From an uncultured Alphaproteobacteria bacterium (lineage in GTDB: Bacteria > Pseudomonadota > Alphaproteobacteria > Rhodobacterales > Rhodobacteraceae), in NCBI GenBank assembly GCA_902576905.1, contig CACGWW010000006.1, positions 1,093 to 65,092 on the forward strand: DNA of 64,000 nucleotides. The letters are read 5' to 3'. Positions 40,801 through 50,073 of this stretch are shown one piece after another; the first letter of the stretch is position 1, and each line of letters starts with the position of its first letter. Position numbers and translations under genes: made by a program. The notes under the pieces were generated by a model. The model saw nothing but the letters and a program-made list of their open reading frames with translations. It was not told the origin of the DNA and searched no databases.

Positions 40801-41295
40801 GTCACCAAATGTTCTTTTGAAGTGAAGCAAAAGATTTTCTGCTTCTTTAATTTTATTATCTTTCAAAAGATTGTTTATAGGGCTTTCATCACCACCAGAC
40901 AGGCAAATCAACCCATCAGAAAATTTATCGATTTCTCGGATACTCATACCTTCATACCGGTAGGTATCATCTAGAAAGAACTTGGTCGAGAGCTCCATCA
41001 AATTTCGATATCCTAACTCATTCATTGCTAAAAAAAGCATGCTAATACGGTCCGTTGCTCTCAATTTTTTTAAGTCGGCTTCCTTTAGGCTCATAGGTAA
41101 TTGGCATCCTATTATAGGTTGTATCCCATTATCTGATAGCACTTCCGAAAACTCTAAAGCGCCAAATAAATTTGCCCTATCAGCGATTCCAACGGCCGGC
41201 ATTTTAAATTTACAGCATTGGTTTGCCAACTCCTTTGCGAAAATAGCTCCCTCCAACAGAGAGTAAATTGTTTTAGTTTTAAGATGAACAAACAT
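37864..41295 (-). CDS. dnaE: DNA polymerase III alpha subunit
   Basis: 1143 aa with an N-terminal PHP domain (FVHLKTKTIYSLLEGA), the palm/fingers region (PDFDIDF, GLVKFDFLGL) and an OB-fold C-terminus. Confidence 0.95.
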   Translation of the reverse strand: MFVHLKTKTIYSLLEGAIFAKELANQCCKFKMPAVGIADRANLFGALEFSEVLSDNGIQPIIGCQLPMSLKEADLKKLRATDRISMLFLAMNELGYRNLMELSTKFFLDDTYRYEGMSIREIDKFSDGLICLSGGDESPINNLLKDNKIKEAENLLLHFKRTFGDRFYLEMNRHPLGENYSNKVNEEDKILKLADEQRLPLVATNDVYFLEKELYEPHDALLCIAEGSFVDQQQERRSLSMDHFFKSENEMRDLFNDIPEAIENTVEIAMRCSFRPRSTDAMLPKFSPNADADLAQEAKKGLQIRFKELSAVGNHKIYLDRLSYELEVIKNMGFSGYFLIVADIVKWAKAKGIPVGPGRGSGAGSLVAFALTITDLDPIKYSLLFERFLNPSRISMPDFDIDFCMDRRNEIIEYVKQKYGKENVAQIITFGALWSKAAIRDIGRVLQLPYSRVDKIAKLIPVQGTKPISLNEAMETEDALIEEARNDEKVSRMLNISRELEGVLRNASTHAAGIVIGDRKLVELVPLYQDPRSDMPATQFTKDWVEKAGLVKFDFLGLKTLTIISEAVSLVNFSSSSDLDINKIPLNDVQTFELYSKAKTMSVFQVESKGMRDALIDLKPNSLEDIIALVALYRPGPMENIPAFCEAKNDPKKRQFLHPSIDKILDETHGIIVYQEQVMEIAQKMAGYSLGDADLLRKAMGKKIKEVMDAEKPKFLEGANNNGIEKKTAEGIWDLLAKFANYGFNKSHAAAYAVLSYQTAFLKTHHTAEFITAAMNNDINNMEKFSNYFDDINAFGFTMCPPCINRSEVRFSVNKDQIIFGLGAIKNVGFESMSKIVENRKRNGKFVDIFDFARRVHLKKVGKRPLEMLISSGAFAVFNLGHAAMLEKLEELILYSAACHDEEGSSQVNLFSNSIETIKKPEFKSINSPSLPVRSKEIYDVTGIYFVSPFNHEPCFYESLGIKEFNTLSNSTGEFHSIITAGFITDLVLKTTNNGQQYFLVSLIDHSVKTFDVFIFPDRLTALTAELVAGTFVLLVLEKIKDQNGHGRINVKSVRNLEKFIANRKPKQYHFVISTKCQVSKISSLLKSAVMKETPNEGNVLITVKDETSQEKTNISLPYFYDISSEVIENIKAVEGVYEIQAV

Positions 41296-41395
41296 TCTTG
41301 CTTTAATTTCTTTGTTTTTTTTTAATAGAGGACTTTCAACTATACGATTTTGTCAGTACACTTATCAACATTAACTTTCGAAGGATTTATAAAAA

Positions 41396-41794
41396 TTGAT
41401 TTCTACGAATATCGTACCCCGCGTTTCCGAGACGGACGGTGTTGGCCATATTAACAACGTATTCGTCCCCATATGGTTTGAGGCAGGTAGGAGAGAAATT
41501 TTTCGGATATTTTCACCAAACCTCGACTTTGTAAACTGGAAGCTTGCATTGGTTAAAGTGACGGTTGAGTATGTAGATCAGCTGTACTTAGCGGAGAATG
41601 TAGAAGTAAGAACGGGAATTCAAAAAATCGGAAATTCTTCATTCACAATAAGGGAGAAAATATTTCAAACCAACAGGCTATGTGCAAAGGGCGAGGCAAT
41701 TTATGTCAATTACAATTTTCAAGAAAATAAATCTGAACCTATTTCTGATGGAATTAGGGATAAACTCTTGAGTATCAAGTTTGTAGATAAGTGA
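41396..41794 (+). CDS. Hotdog-fold acyl-CoA thioesterase (4HBT family)
   Basis: 132 aa with SETDGVGHINNVFVPIWFE, typical of YbgC/4HBT-type thioesterases. TTG start. Confidence 0.7.
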   Translation: MISTNIVPRVSETDGVGHINNVFVPIWFEAGRREIFRIFSPNLDFVNWKLALVKVTVEYVDQLYLAENVEVRTGIQKIGNSSFTIREKIFQTNRLCAKGEAIYVNYNFQENKSEPISDGIRDKLLSIKFVDK

Positions 41795-41795
41795 T

Positions 41796-41990
41796 ATGAA
41801 AACAATAGTTATAAAATCACAAATTACATTGGAGATTGATGAAGAATTTAATGAAGATGCTATGTTAAAAGCAAACGAGTGGAACCAAATGGTAGGCCGT
41901 TTTCTTGCTTTAGTTGATAAAACGCTCGTTACTGGCGTTCAATTTAAAGATTTGAGAATTAACATTGTGGAAATAGAAAAAGAAACATAA
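41796..41990 (+). CDS. Hypothetical small acidic protein
   Basis: 64-aa ORF starting 1 nt after the thioesterase stop, so likely translationally coupled. No recognisable family. Confidence 0.45.
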   Translation: MKTIVIKSQITLEIDEEFNEDAMLKANEWNQMVGRFLALVDKTLVTGVQFKDLRINIVEIEKET

Positions 41991-42054
41991 ACTTTAAAAA
42001 AAGTGATAGATGTAATTTTGCCATCAGTCACGATGATATTTTTAGGAGGTTATA

Positions 42055-42342
42055 ATGATTACAAAAATGTTAAAGTTAGGGACAGTTGTCGCGATAGGTT
42101 TTCTTATTTCATCTTGCTCTAGTAGCAATGGATCAAATAGCCTTATGAGAATGTTTTCTGGAAACCCCGAAAGAACAATTACAGTAGCTATAAAAGATGG
42201 TACAGCAAAGCAATTAAAAAACTCTTGGGATAAGAAAGCTTTAAGTGCATGTGGCTCGGCATACACCGTAGTAAATTTGGGGTCTACTGTCAGCACTGCG
42301 GGGGGGCATAACTCTCTTTCTGGAACTATTTCTTGTAACTGA
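42055..42342 (+). CDS. Hypothetical lipoprotein
   Basis: AGGAGG lies 6 nt upstream of the ATG. Signal peptide with lipobox LISSC. Confidence 0.6.
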   Translation: MITKMLKLGTVVAIGFLISSCSSSNGSNSLMRMFSGNPERTITVAIKDGTAKQLKNSWDKKALSACGSAYTVVNLGSTVSTAGGHNSLSGTISCN

Positions 42343-42350
42343 GTAATTTA

Positions 42351-43490
42351 ATGACCGATGTAAGAGAATATAATTTTGATACAAGACAAATTTTAAGTAC
42401 TCTGCGTGAGTGGGTTGAGGTTGAAAGCCCTACCTTTGATAAAGATGCAGTGAATAGAATGATGGATTTGTGCTCCAATTTTCTTGCCGAGATGGGCGGG
42501 AGACTTGAGAGAGTGCCTGGCAAAAATAATCTTGGTGATTGCTTAAGGGCAACTTTTAATGAGACGCCAGAAAATTCAAATTCTCCTGGCATTCTCATCA
42601 TGGGCCATATGGATACCGTTCATCCAATTGGAACTTTAAGAAAATTACCCTTTAGAATTGATGGCGACAAATGCTTTGGCCCTGGAATCTTTGATATGAA
42701 AAGTGGAAACCTCATAGCGATCGAAGCAGTGAAAATGCTTATGAAAGAAAGAGATTTGCCTGACTTGAAAATTACAATTTTAATTACATCAGATGAAGAA
42801 ATAGGTTCACCCAGCACAAGAAGTCTTATTGAGTCCGAGTCTTTAAGATCAAAGTATGTTTTAGTCCCTGAACCTGGTCTTCCTGATGGGGGATATGTTT
42901 CGGGTAGATACGCGATTGCCCGATTTAATTTAAAGACAGAAGGCGTACCATTTCATGCAGGAATAAATCCAAAAGCAGGAAAGTCGGCTGTAAAGGAGAT
43001 GGCTAAAAAGATCATAGAGATAGAAGATTTGTCTAATGATGATAGAACGTTTTCGGCGGGCGTTATAAAGGGAGGACAATGGGTAAATTGTGTCAGCTCA
43101 GAATGCATCGCAGAAGTAATATCTATGGCGAAAGAACAAAAAAATCTTGATGAAGGTTCTTCTACCATACTTGGTCTCACTACGAACTTAGAAGGAATAA
43201 AGTTCACCGTTGAACAAGGTGTGGTAAGACCAGTGTGGGAGCCGAATGATGGAACATTCAATCTTTTAGAGGTTACAAAAAGCATTTGCAAAGGTCTTGG
43301 TCTTTCATTTTCACATGGTAGTATGGGAGGTGGATCCGATGGAAACTTCAGCGGTGCCTTAGGAGTACCTACAATAGATGGATTAGGCACACTCGGTGAC
43401 GGTTATCATACCCTTAATGAACATTTATATATCAACAGCATTGCTAAAAGAGCTAACGTTATCGCAAATATAATAAAGCAGCTTAAATAG
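42351..43490 (+). CDS. M20 family metallopeptidase (carboxypeptidase G2 / glutamate carboxypeptidase-like)
   Basis: Carries the GHMDTV, SDEEIGSP, GGSDGN and HTLNE motifs. Confidence 0.85.
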   Translation: MTDVREYNFDTRQILSTLREWVEVESPTFDKDAVNRMMDLCSNFLAEMGGRLERVPGKNNLGDCLRATFNETPENSNSPGILIMGHMDTVHPIGTLRKLPFRIDGDKCFGPGIFDMKSGNLIAIEAVKMLMKERDLPDLKITILITSDEEIGSPSTRSLIESESLRSKYVLVPEPGLPDGGYVSGRYAIARFNLKTEGVPFHAGINPKAGKSAVKEMAKKIIEIEDLSNDDRTFSAGVIKGGQWVNCVSSECIAEVISMAKEQKNLDEGSSTILGLTTNLEGIKFTVEQGVVRPVWEPNDGTFNLLEVTKSICKGLGLSFSHGSMGGGSDGNFSGALGVPTIDGLGTLGDGYHTLNEHLYINSIAKRANVIANIIKQLK

Positions 43491-43664
43491 TTAAGCCCTA
43501 CTCAGAAAAATTAAAACTGCTGTTTGGGTACCTATTAAAAATATTGCAACAGCTATCAAAACTTTCATAGAAAAGCCAAAATACCGTTCATTTATGAAAA
43601 ACTTAAAAAATAAATATAAAAATACGAATAAAATTAGTTCAAAAAATATTAGCCTTAGGAACAT
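43491..43664 (-). CDS. Small hydrophobic protein (57 aa, two predicted TM segments), not in the ORF track
   Basis: My hand translation gives MFLRLIFFELILFVFLYLFFKFFINERYFGFSMKVLIAVAIFLIGTQTAVLIFLSRA. The EamA stop codon is part of a TAAGGAG Shine-Dalgarno 10 nt upstream of the ATG. Confidence 0.45.
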   Translation of the reverse strand: MFLRLIFFELILFVFLYLFFKFFINERYFGFSMKVLIAVAIFLIGTQTAVLIFLSRA

Positions 43665-43678
43665 GTAACTCTTTCTCC

Positions 43679-44590
43679 TTAATAAATACTTGGAAGGCCT
43701 AGCAAAGCCAATATTGATATTGCAATTAAGCTCATCCCGATTAATTCAAACAATGTTATTTTTTCTTTATAAAAAATAAACGATATCAAAACAGAAAAGA
43801 CTATTTCTAGTTGTCCAACAGCTCGAACAAGAGTTGCATTAACAAGAGAAAAAGCATAAAACCAACAACAAGTTGCCGCACACGCAAAAAACCCAACTGG
43901 CAAACCCTTTTTCCATATTAACATTAGCTTTAGGGCATTTTGCGTTCCTTCAGTGATAAGAATATATATGCCAAATATAACTGATTGAAAAGCCAAAGCC
44001 AAAAATGACAAAATTAATACTTTTTTATAGATTAAGTCTGAAGTTACGCTATCGAGCGCTACTTTGTATAAAACAGAACTAAGGCCCAAAAAAATACCAC
44101 ACGACACTCCCAAAGTTACCTGCTTATAAAATAACGTGTTATACCCTTCGTTCCCGATAAGTTTCTGCTTAGACATAAATAACATCCCAAAAAAGCCTAT
44201 AATTATTGCTAATAAAACTTGTGAGGTGAGAATAAACCCTACAATAATGATTTCTAAAAGAGTGGTTTGTATAACTTCAGTTTTTGAAAATGCGACACCT
44301 ATAGCAAACGATCGCAGAGTAAATAATTTTATAAGAATAATTGTAAATAAAATTTGGCAAATGCTTGCGGCAATTAAAAAAAACCACACGGTTGACGAAA
44401 AATTTTTAAGTATCATTAATTCTTGAGTATCTATAAAAAATACAGCTAGCAGTGCGACAAAGGGTAGAGCAAAGATAAATCGCGAATAAGCTGATGCGAG
44501 CACTCCTACATCTTCAATTAAGTTCTTTTGAAAAACGCTACGAAGTGTCTGGGATAAACTCGCGATTGCTGTAATAAGAACCCAACTCAC
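43679..44590 (-). CDS. EamA/DMT family transporter
   Basis: 303 aa with 10 hydrophobic segments in two repeats. GTG start. Confidence 0.8.
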   Translation of the reverse strand: MSWVLITAIASLSQTLRSVFQKNLIEDVGVLASAYSRFIFALPFVALLAVFFIDTQELMILKNFSSTVWFFLIAASICQILFTIILIKLFTLRSFAIGVAFSKTEVIQTTLLEIIIVGFILTSQVLLAIIIGFFGMLFMSKQKLIGNEGYNTLFYKQVTLGVSCGIFLGLSSVLYKVALDSVTSDLIYKKVLILSFLALAFQSVIFGIYILITEGTQNALKLMLIWKKGLPVGFFACAATCCWFYAFSLVNATLVRAVGQLEIVFSVLISFIFYKEKITLFELIGMSLIAISILALLGLPSIY

Positions 44591-44633
44591 GTTGAATTAA
44601 CTTCCAAATCTAGTGTATGAAATAGCGTCAATC

Positions 44634-45164
44634 TTACTTCGAAAAAAATATTGTAACATCAGCTATTTTTATTCCCCATTTCAAAATCTCAGCTCTATTT
44701 ATAACTACTTTCTTATCAGCTTTAATAAACCTATCATCGAAAGATACCCTTATATCAGTTTCACCAATGCTGATCGTGGTATCATAAACCATCCGCAGGG
44801 TATTACCATCTTGTTTTCCCTTTGCAACTCCAATTGTATCTTTTGATTTACCCTCATAGGTACCAGTGTCTATTTTTTTTATAATCCACTCTCTATACTC
44901 AGTTTCTCCATCATTGTAGGTAAAATATTCTTTGAGTAGAAGTTGTTTGTTGTCTATATTTCCATTAAGCCTTACTTTGAAGGTCCTCTGCAAATTCCCA
45001 AATCTATCAACGATTAAACCCCAGGCTTTTGTCTCACCATCGAAGTAATCAAGTAGATCAAAAGATAAATTTTTTGAAACAACGTTTTCCATACTTGAAT
45101 TGGAGCACCCCGTTATAAAGGGAAAAACTAGAGGAAATATGAAAAGAGTTACCTGAAAGAATTT
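44634..45164 (-). CDS. DUF3833-like lipoprotein
   Basis: Lipobox ITGC, then FDLLDYFDGETKAWG...DRFGNLQRTF...YNDGETEYREW, matching my recollection of DUF3833. The ORF is open to 45248, but the signal peptide starts at the ATG at 45164. Confidence 0.6.
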   Translation of the reverse strand, partial: KFFQVTLFIFPLVFPFITGCSNSSMENVVSKNLSFDLLDYFDGETKAWGLIVDRFGNLQRTFKVRLNGNIDNKQLLLKEYFTYNDGETEYREWIIKKIDTGTYEGKSKDTIGVAKGKQDGNTLRMVYDTTISIGETDIRVSFDDRFIKADKKVVINRAEILKWGIKIADVTIFFSK

Positions 45165-45298
45165 CATTCGTAGCGTCCCATAAAGATGTTCCATAAAATT
45201 TTTTCCGCATTTAGCGACTTCTCTTTTAGTAGGTTTGGAAATCGACAAGTTTACTTTGTGTTAAAACGAAAATCTAATTATATTATAAATCAAATCAT

Positions 45299-45397
45299 TT
45301 AAAGCCCTGAAACTATGACAATTATAAAGAAAATTAAAAAAATTACATTTGTGATAATAAGCGGCTTGATATTTGGGTTTTTATGAGGCTGCTTCAT
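45299..45397 (-). CDS. Candidate 32-aa single-TM micro-protein
   Basis: Hand translation gives MKQPHKNPNIKPLIITNVIFLIFFIIVIVSGL. AAGGAG lies 7 nt upstream of the ATG. Confidence 0.3.
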   Translation of the reverse strand: MKQPHKNPNIKPLIITNVIFLIFFIIVIVSGL

Positions 45398-45655
45398 AAG
45401 TGGCTCCTTTTCAAATAGATTTTTATGAACCTATCATTTTTCCTAATTCATACAAAATTTCTGCTTAGTTAAAAACAAAAAAAAATCTATAATTTAGATG
45501 ACTTTTTCAAAAATATTGAGTTGACCTCGGCATTTTTTGACAAAAATCTTTCAGAACTTCATTTCGCATAATTAGTTTGATTAACGTACCACACAGAAAT
45601 AAACTGAACAAAAAGAAAACTAAAAAACATTCGCCCTAATATTGATGGAAAAAAT

Positions 45656-47131
45656 ATGATAAGATATGACCTATATATAAATGGAAATTGGCAAAAACCT
45701 TCCTCAGGAAATTATTTTGAATCTGACAACCCATACAGCGGAGAGGTGTGGGCAGAGATTGCTAAAGGTAACGAAGAAGACGTAAATCTTGCAGTTATAG
45801 CAGCGAAGAACGCTTTTGAAGAACACTGGGAACCCATGAAACCTACCGAGAGAGGTAAAATATTGGTTCGGTTAGCCGAACTTATTGAAAGAGACGCGGT
45901 GAGACTGGGAGAAATAGAAGTAAAAGATAATGGTAAGCTTTTTGCTGAAATGGGTGCACAAACAAAGTATCTAGCTGAATGGTATAGATATTTTGGAGGA
46001 CTAGCAGATAAAGTTGAGGGAGCAGTTATTCCTATTGATAAGCCAGGTATGCTAAACTATACGAAATACGAACCTTTTGGAGTCGTAGGACTTATTACTC
46101 CATGGAACTCACCTCTCCTTTTGCTAGCCTGGAAGTTAGCTCCTGCACTTGCAGCGGGGAATACAGCAGTTATTAAACCAAGCGAATTCACATCCGCTTC
46201 AACTCTTGAGTTTATGAATCTTGTTGAGGAGGCTGGTTTCCCTAGTGGAGTTATTAATTGTATTACTGGCTTTGGGCTAGAGGTAGGCCAACCCCTAGTA
46301 GATCACAAAGATGTAAGCAAGATTGCTTTTACTGGTTCGGACATTTCAGGACAAAAAATATACGAAAGTGCTGCAAAAAAAATAATGCCAGTAACACTAG
46401 AATTGGGAGGGAAATCTCCAAACATTGTTTTTAATGACGCTGATATGGATGCTGCTGTTATGGGTGTGATTTCAGGGATCTTCGCTGCTACCGGCCAAAC
46501 ATGTATTGCTGGCTCCAGGCTACTACTTCATGAAGACATACACGATGAGTTCGTTTCAAAGTTGGTTTCAGTTGCAAAAGAAGCATCGATTGGTGATCCT
46601 ATGATGCAAACCACTAATGTCGGACCAGTGACTACTGAACCTCAGTTTAAAAAGATTATTAACTATATAGATATAGCAAAGAGCGAGGGCGCAACATGTG
46701 TATTAGGGGGAAACAAATATAATGGACCCGGCTCTAAAGGAAACCGATTTGTAGAACCAACAATTTTTACAAATGTAAATAATAGCATGAGGATAGCTCA
46801 AGAAGAAGTATTCGGTCCAGTGCTATCAATTATTCGCTTTAAAGATGAGAAAGAAGCTATCAAAATTGGTAATGATATACTTTTTGGTCTTGCGGCTGGC
46901 GTTTGGACCAGTGATATCGGGAGAGCTCTTAGAATGGCCGATAAGCTTAAAGCGGGTACCGTTTGGGTAAATACATATAGAGCAGTAAGTTACATGTCTC
47001 CCTTTGGTGGCTACAAAAGATCGGGCCAGGGTCGTGAAAGCGGGCAAGAATGCATCAAGGAGTTTTTGGAAACAAAATCAGTGTGGATTAGTCATGAGAC
47101 CTCAACAGCAAATCCATTTATTATTAAATAA
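45656..47131 (+). CDS. NAD(P)-dependent aldehyde dehydrogenase
   Basis: 491 aa with the catalytic LELGGKSP and GQTCIAGSR motifs and EEVFGPV. Confidence 0.9.
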   Translation: MIRYDLYINGNWQKPSSGNYFESDNPYSGEVWAEIAKGNEEDVNLAVIAAKNAFEEHWEPMKPTERGKILVRLAELIERDAVRLGEIEVKDNGKLFAEMGAQTKYLAEWYRYFGGLADKVEGAVIPIDKPGMLNYTKYEPFGVVGLITPWNSPLLLLAWKLAPALAAGNTAVIKPSEFTSASTLEFMNLVEEAGFPSGVINCITGFGLEVGQPLVDHKDVSKIAFTGSDISGQKIYESAAKKIMPVTLELGGKSPNIVFNDADMDAAVMGVISGIFAATGQTCIAGSRLLLHEDIHDEFVSKLVSVAKEASIGDPMMQTTNVGPVTTEPQFKKIINYIDIAKSEGATCVLGGNKYNGPGSKGNRFVEPTIFTNVNNSMRIAQEEVFGPVLSIIRFKDEKEAIKIGNDILFGLAAGVWTSDIGRALRMADKLKAGTVWVNTYRAVSYMSPFGGYKRSGQGRESGQECIKEFLETKSVWISHETSTANPFIIK

Positions 47132-47174
47132 AAATTTTTCTAGCGCTAACAATTTCAAAAAATAATAAAACGAG

Positions 47175-47579
47175 CTATATTTTCTGGTGAACCTCTATAA
47201 TGTTTCCATCAGGATCATAGAAAAAAATTTGATGCCATCCTGAAACCCCGATGTCACCCCAGTCTGTAAATTCAATATTTTTTTCTTTAAGATGTTTTTT
47301 AAAGGCCTCAATGTCATCGGTACGATACGCAATATGTCCCTTTTCAACTGGATTTATAAAATGGCCTGTTTTGAAATTTACGGTTAAGTCTTTTTGTGCC
47401 AAATGCATTTGAACCTTACCATCACCCACAAATGATACATCACCTGAGTATCCTTTTTTCTTTTCTAAAGTAGGCAAATCATCACTTTGGGTGTCCAGAA
47501 ATAGTATATCCTTATAAAAGGTTTCAAGTTTCTTCACATCTTGTGTTGACAAATTTATATGGTGCAATTCCAGTTTCAT
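47175..47579 (-). CDS. VOC (glyoxalase/bleomycin-resistance/dioxygenase) family protein
   Basis: 134 aa with HHINLS at the start and a FFYDPDGNIIEV C-terminal motif. Confidence 0.8.
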   Translation of the reverse strand: MKLELHHINLSTQDVKKLETFYKDILFLDTQSDDLPTLEKKKGYSGDVSFVGDGKVQMHLAQKDLTVNFKTGHFINPVEKGHIAYRTDDIEAFKKHLKEKNIEFTDWGDIGVSGWHQIFFYDPDGNIIEVHQKI

Positions 47580-47647
47580 TGTTAATTAACTCATTTGTTC
47601 AATTTATTTAATATGATAAATTTATCCATAGATATCTTTCATATTGA

Positions 47648-48481
47648 CTAAAAATTATATGAAATGCCAACACCAATTTCGTGAGTTTGGTTTTTGGGTT
47701 CCATACATAATGTAGTTGGAGAGCACGATACTAAATCGGAGTCATCTATCTTCCAAGACCTAAGAAATCCGTAGGTAGACCATTTATTATTTATTCTCGA
47801 ACGCAAGGTTAGATCAATCCCATAGCCATAGCGTTGAGTTTTCTCTACATTAGTGGGATAAACATTAGGCAGAATTTCATTTAAGTAGCTTATTTGTTTG
47901 CCCTCTATAAAGTAATTGTACTGAGACTTTAGAGAAAGGTTTTCATTTATATACCAAATTGCACCGATTGGAATGTAATTATACTGCGAGAGTCTATCAT
48001 AACCAAGATGGTTCGTTGATGACTTTTTAAATCCACTGTCATCGAGCAGATAGCGATATCCTAGGCCTATAAAGGACTTGAGATCGTTTGCTCCTCCAAA
48101 ATTATTGCTCAAATAATATTCTAATCTGCCTTTATAATATTCTTTTTTCATAGTACCTGTTCCCACGGAGGTGTAGTCAACATTCCCAAAACTATACTCA
48201 AGCGTATACAGAAAACTCCAAGCAGTACTTTTTGTGTTTGAAGATACCTTAGGGTCTCCCCAGTTCCTAAGTCCTACACTATATAAAAAAGGAGCAGATT
48301 TATCCTCCATGAAGAAGTTATCGTTTGGATCAACTTCCCGGTAAGTGTAAGAGGTAATATCTAATGTTAGTTCAGCAGATTGTGTTATTTTCGAATAAAC
48401 CAATAGTGATATGCTTAGGATAATGAGATTTCTTAGCATCGCATAAATGCTGCTTGTTATATCAAATGCTATTTTCGGCAT
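47648..48481 (-). CDS. Putative outer-membrane beta-barrel protein
   Basis: Signal peptide (probably from the internal Met at 48439), alternating aromatic/hydrophilic strands rich in Tyr, and a terminal ...GISYNF with C-terminal Phe. Confidence 0.6.
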   Translation of the reverse strand: MPKIAFDITSSIYAMLRNLIILSISLLVYSKITQSAELTLDITSYTYREVDPNDNFFMEDKSAPFLYSVGLRNWGDPKVSSNTKSTAWSFLYTLEYSFGNVDYTSVGTGTMKKEYYKGRLEYYLSNNFGGANDLKSFIGLGYRYLLDDSGFKKSSTNHLGYDRLSQYNYIPIGAIWYINENLSLKSQYNYFIEGKQISYLNEILPNVYPTNVEKTQRYGYGIDLTLRSRINNKWSTYGFLRSWKIDDSDLVSCSPTTLCMEPKNQTHEIGVGISYNF

Positions 48482-48552
48482 GTTTTAGGTTGTAATGGAA
48501 TAAATTCTGAATTTCAATATTATTGATTTAGTTAAATACTGAGGAGCAAAGT

Positions 48553-48879
48553 ATGATCAAGTCCAAAATTATGAGTTATATAACCCAAGATTTCCAATCG
48601 AAGAGCGATCTAATAGTAGGAGGAGAAGAATGGCAAAAGGTGGTGCTAGACATGCAATCCAAATTCGCTAAAGCAGGGGCTATAAGACAAACAGTTAGTC
48701 AAGTTTTCAATAAAGATGGCATTCAACGATTAGGTAACCTGTGGGAATATACTGATGAAAAAGCATTTGCAGACTGTCAACTACTCTTCAGGGAAGCAGA
48801 ACAACAGTTCAATAAAACTGAAATTCCACAGAAACTATTTTCAAACAGAGGTGTTATTTTACACGATGTTTATTTCTGA
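48553..48879 (+). CDS. Hypothetical protein
   Basis: 108-aa ORF with GAGGAG 6 nt upstream of the ATG. No family recognised. Confidence 0.5.
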   Translation: MIKSKIMSYITQDFQSKSDLIVGGEEWQKVVLDMQSKFAKAGAIRQTVSQVFNKDGIQRLGNLWEYTDEKAFADCQLLFREAEQQFNKTEIPQKLFSNRGVILHDVYF

Positions 48880-48940
48880 TAAGGCCTCGCAAATTAAATT
48901 CAAAAAGTAAAATACTAGTATTTAATAGCTAAATAAACTT

Positions 48941-49240
48941 TTAAATTGAATGAGCTTTTATCTCTAACTCTATAAAAACTAATTTTTCTTCGCCGTTATT
49001 AATTACATTATGCGTTACACCTGCCTTTCTGTAGTAAGGCTCCCCTTTTATAAGAGTAGTGATTGTTTCAACCTCATTATCATCAATTATCAATAATTGG
49101 CCGTTAGTTTGGGGAATGACCACGTAGTCCCATTGGTGTATATGGAACCCTGTTTCTTCATTTTTATTAAACGAATATTCTGTTACCCTAATTCTTTCAT
49201 TATCTATCTGAATATTTGCACTAGCCTTGTTTCTTTGCAT
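48941..49240 (-). CDS. Cupin domain protein
   Basis: 99 aa with the cupin motifs GFHIHQWDY...G and HNVIN. Confidence 0.7.
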   Translation of the reverse strand: MQRNKASANIQIDNERIRVTEYSFNKNEETGFHIHQWDYVVIPQTNGQLLIIDDNEVETITTLIKGEPYYRKAGVTHNVINNGEEKLVFIELEIKAHSI

Positions 49241-49250
49241 TTTGTGTTTT

Positions 49251-49991
49251 TTAACCTCTTCCTACAAAGGGCATATTACTAGCCATTATTGTCATATTAA
49301 GAATATTGGTATCTAAGGGGAGACCCACTAAATGTAACACTGCATCAGCTATATGTTCAGGATCGAATGTAGGCTCTTTTTTAATTGAACCATCTGCCTG
49401 AATTATTCCCTTCTTTATTCCTTCTGTCATTGGTGTATCGGCGTTACCAATATCAATTTGGCTACAAACAATATTAAATAATCTTCCGTCGAGTGCTAAA
49501 CTTTTTGTCATTCCCGTGACTGCATGTTTAGTTGCAGTATACGCTATTGATCCAGGTCTTGGGGTAATAGAGGAAACACTTCCATTATTAATTATCCGGC
49601 CTCCCATGGGAGACTGTTTTTTCATAAGCGCAAATGCATACTTACTGAAAAGAAATATACCGTTAATATTGACTTCAATAACCTCTTTCCATTCACTAAA
49701 ATTTATTTCGTCTATAGTTTTTGAAGAGAGAAACGTACCAGCATTATTGAAAAGTAGGTCTATGCGGGAAAAATTTTTTTCAATCATTTCAAAGCATTTT
49801 TTTACTTCCACCTCATTACTGACATCCATTGGAAATACTAGTGCTTGATCATTACACACTGTCTTTGTTTCTTCTAACTTATCTTTACGTCGTCCTATCA
49901 AAATAACACTAAAACCGGCATCTGAGAGCTTAACAGCTGTGGCTTTACCAACCCCCGTCCCAGCTCCTGTAACAATTGCAATCTTATTCAT
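49251..49991 (-). CDS. Short-chain dehydrogenase/reductase (SDR)
   Basis: TGAGTGVGK cofactor motif, NNAG, and the catalytic YTATK. Confidence 0.9.
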   Translation of the reverse strand: MNKIAIVTGAGTGVGKATAVKLSDAGFSVILIGRRKDKLEETKTVCNDQALVFPMDVSNEVEVKKCFEMIEKNFSRIDLLFNNAGTFLSSKTIDEINFSEWKEVIEVNINGIFLFSKYAFALMKKQSPMGGRIINNGSVSSITPRPGSIAYTATKHAVTGMTKSLALDGRLFNIVCSQIDIGNADTPMTEGIKKGIIQADGSIKKEPTFDPEHIADAVLHLVGLPLDTNILNMTIMASNMPFVGRG

Positions 49992-50073
49992 TGAAATAAA
50001 AACCTGTTTTAAAAAAGATAAAAATTTTGAACACCTTTACTAGCTAAATAAATTTAATCAATATGAATAAGAA

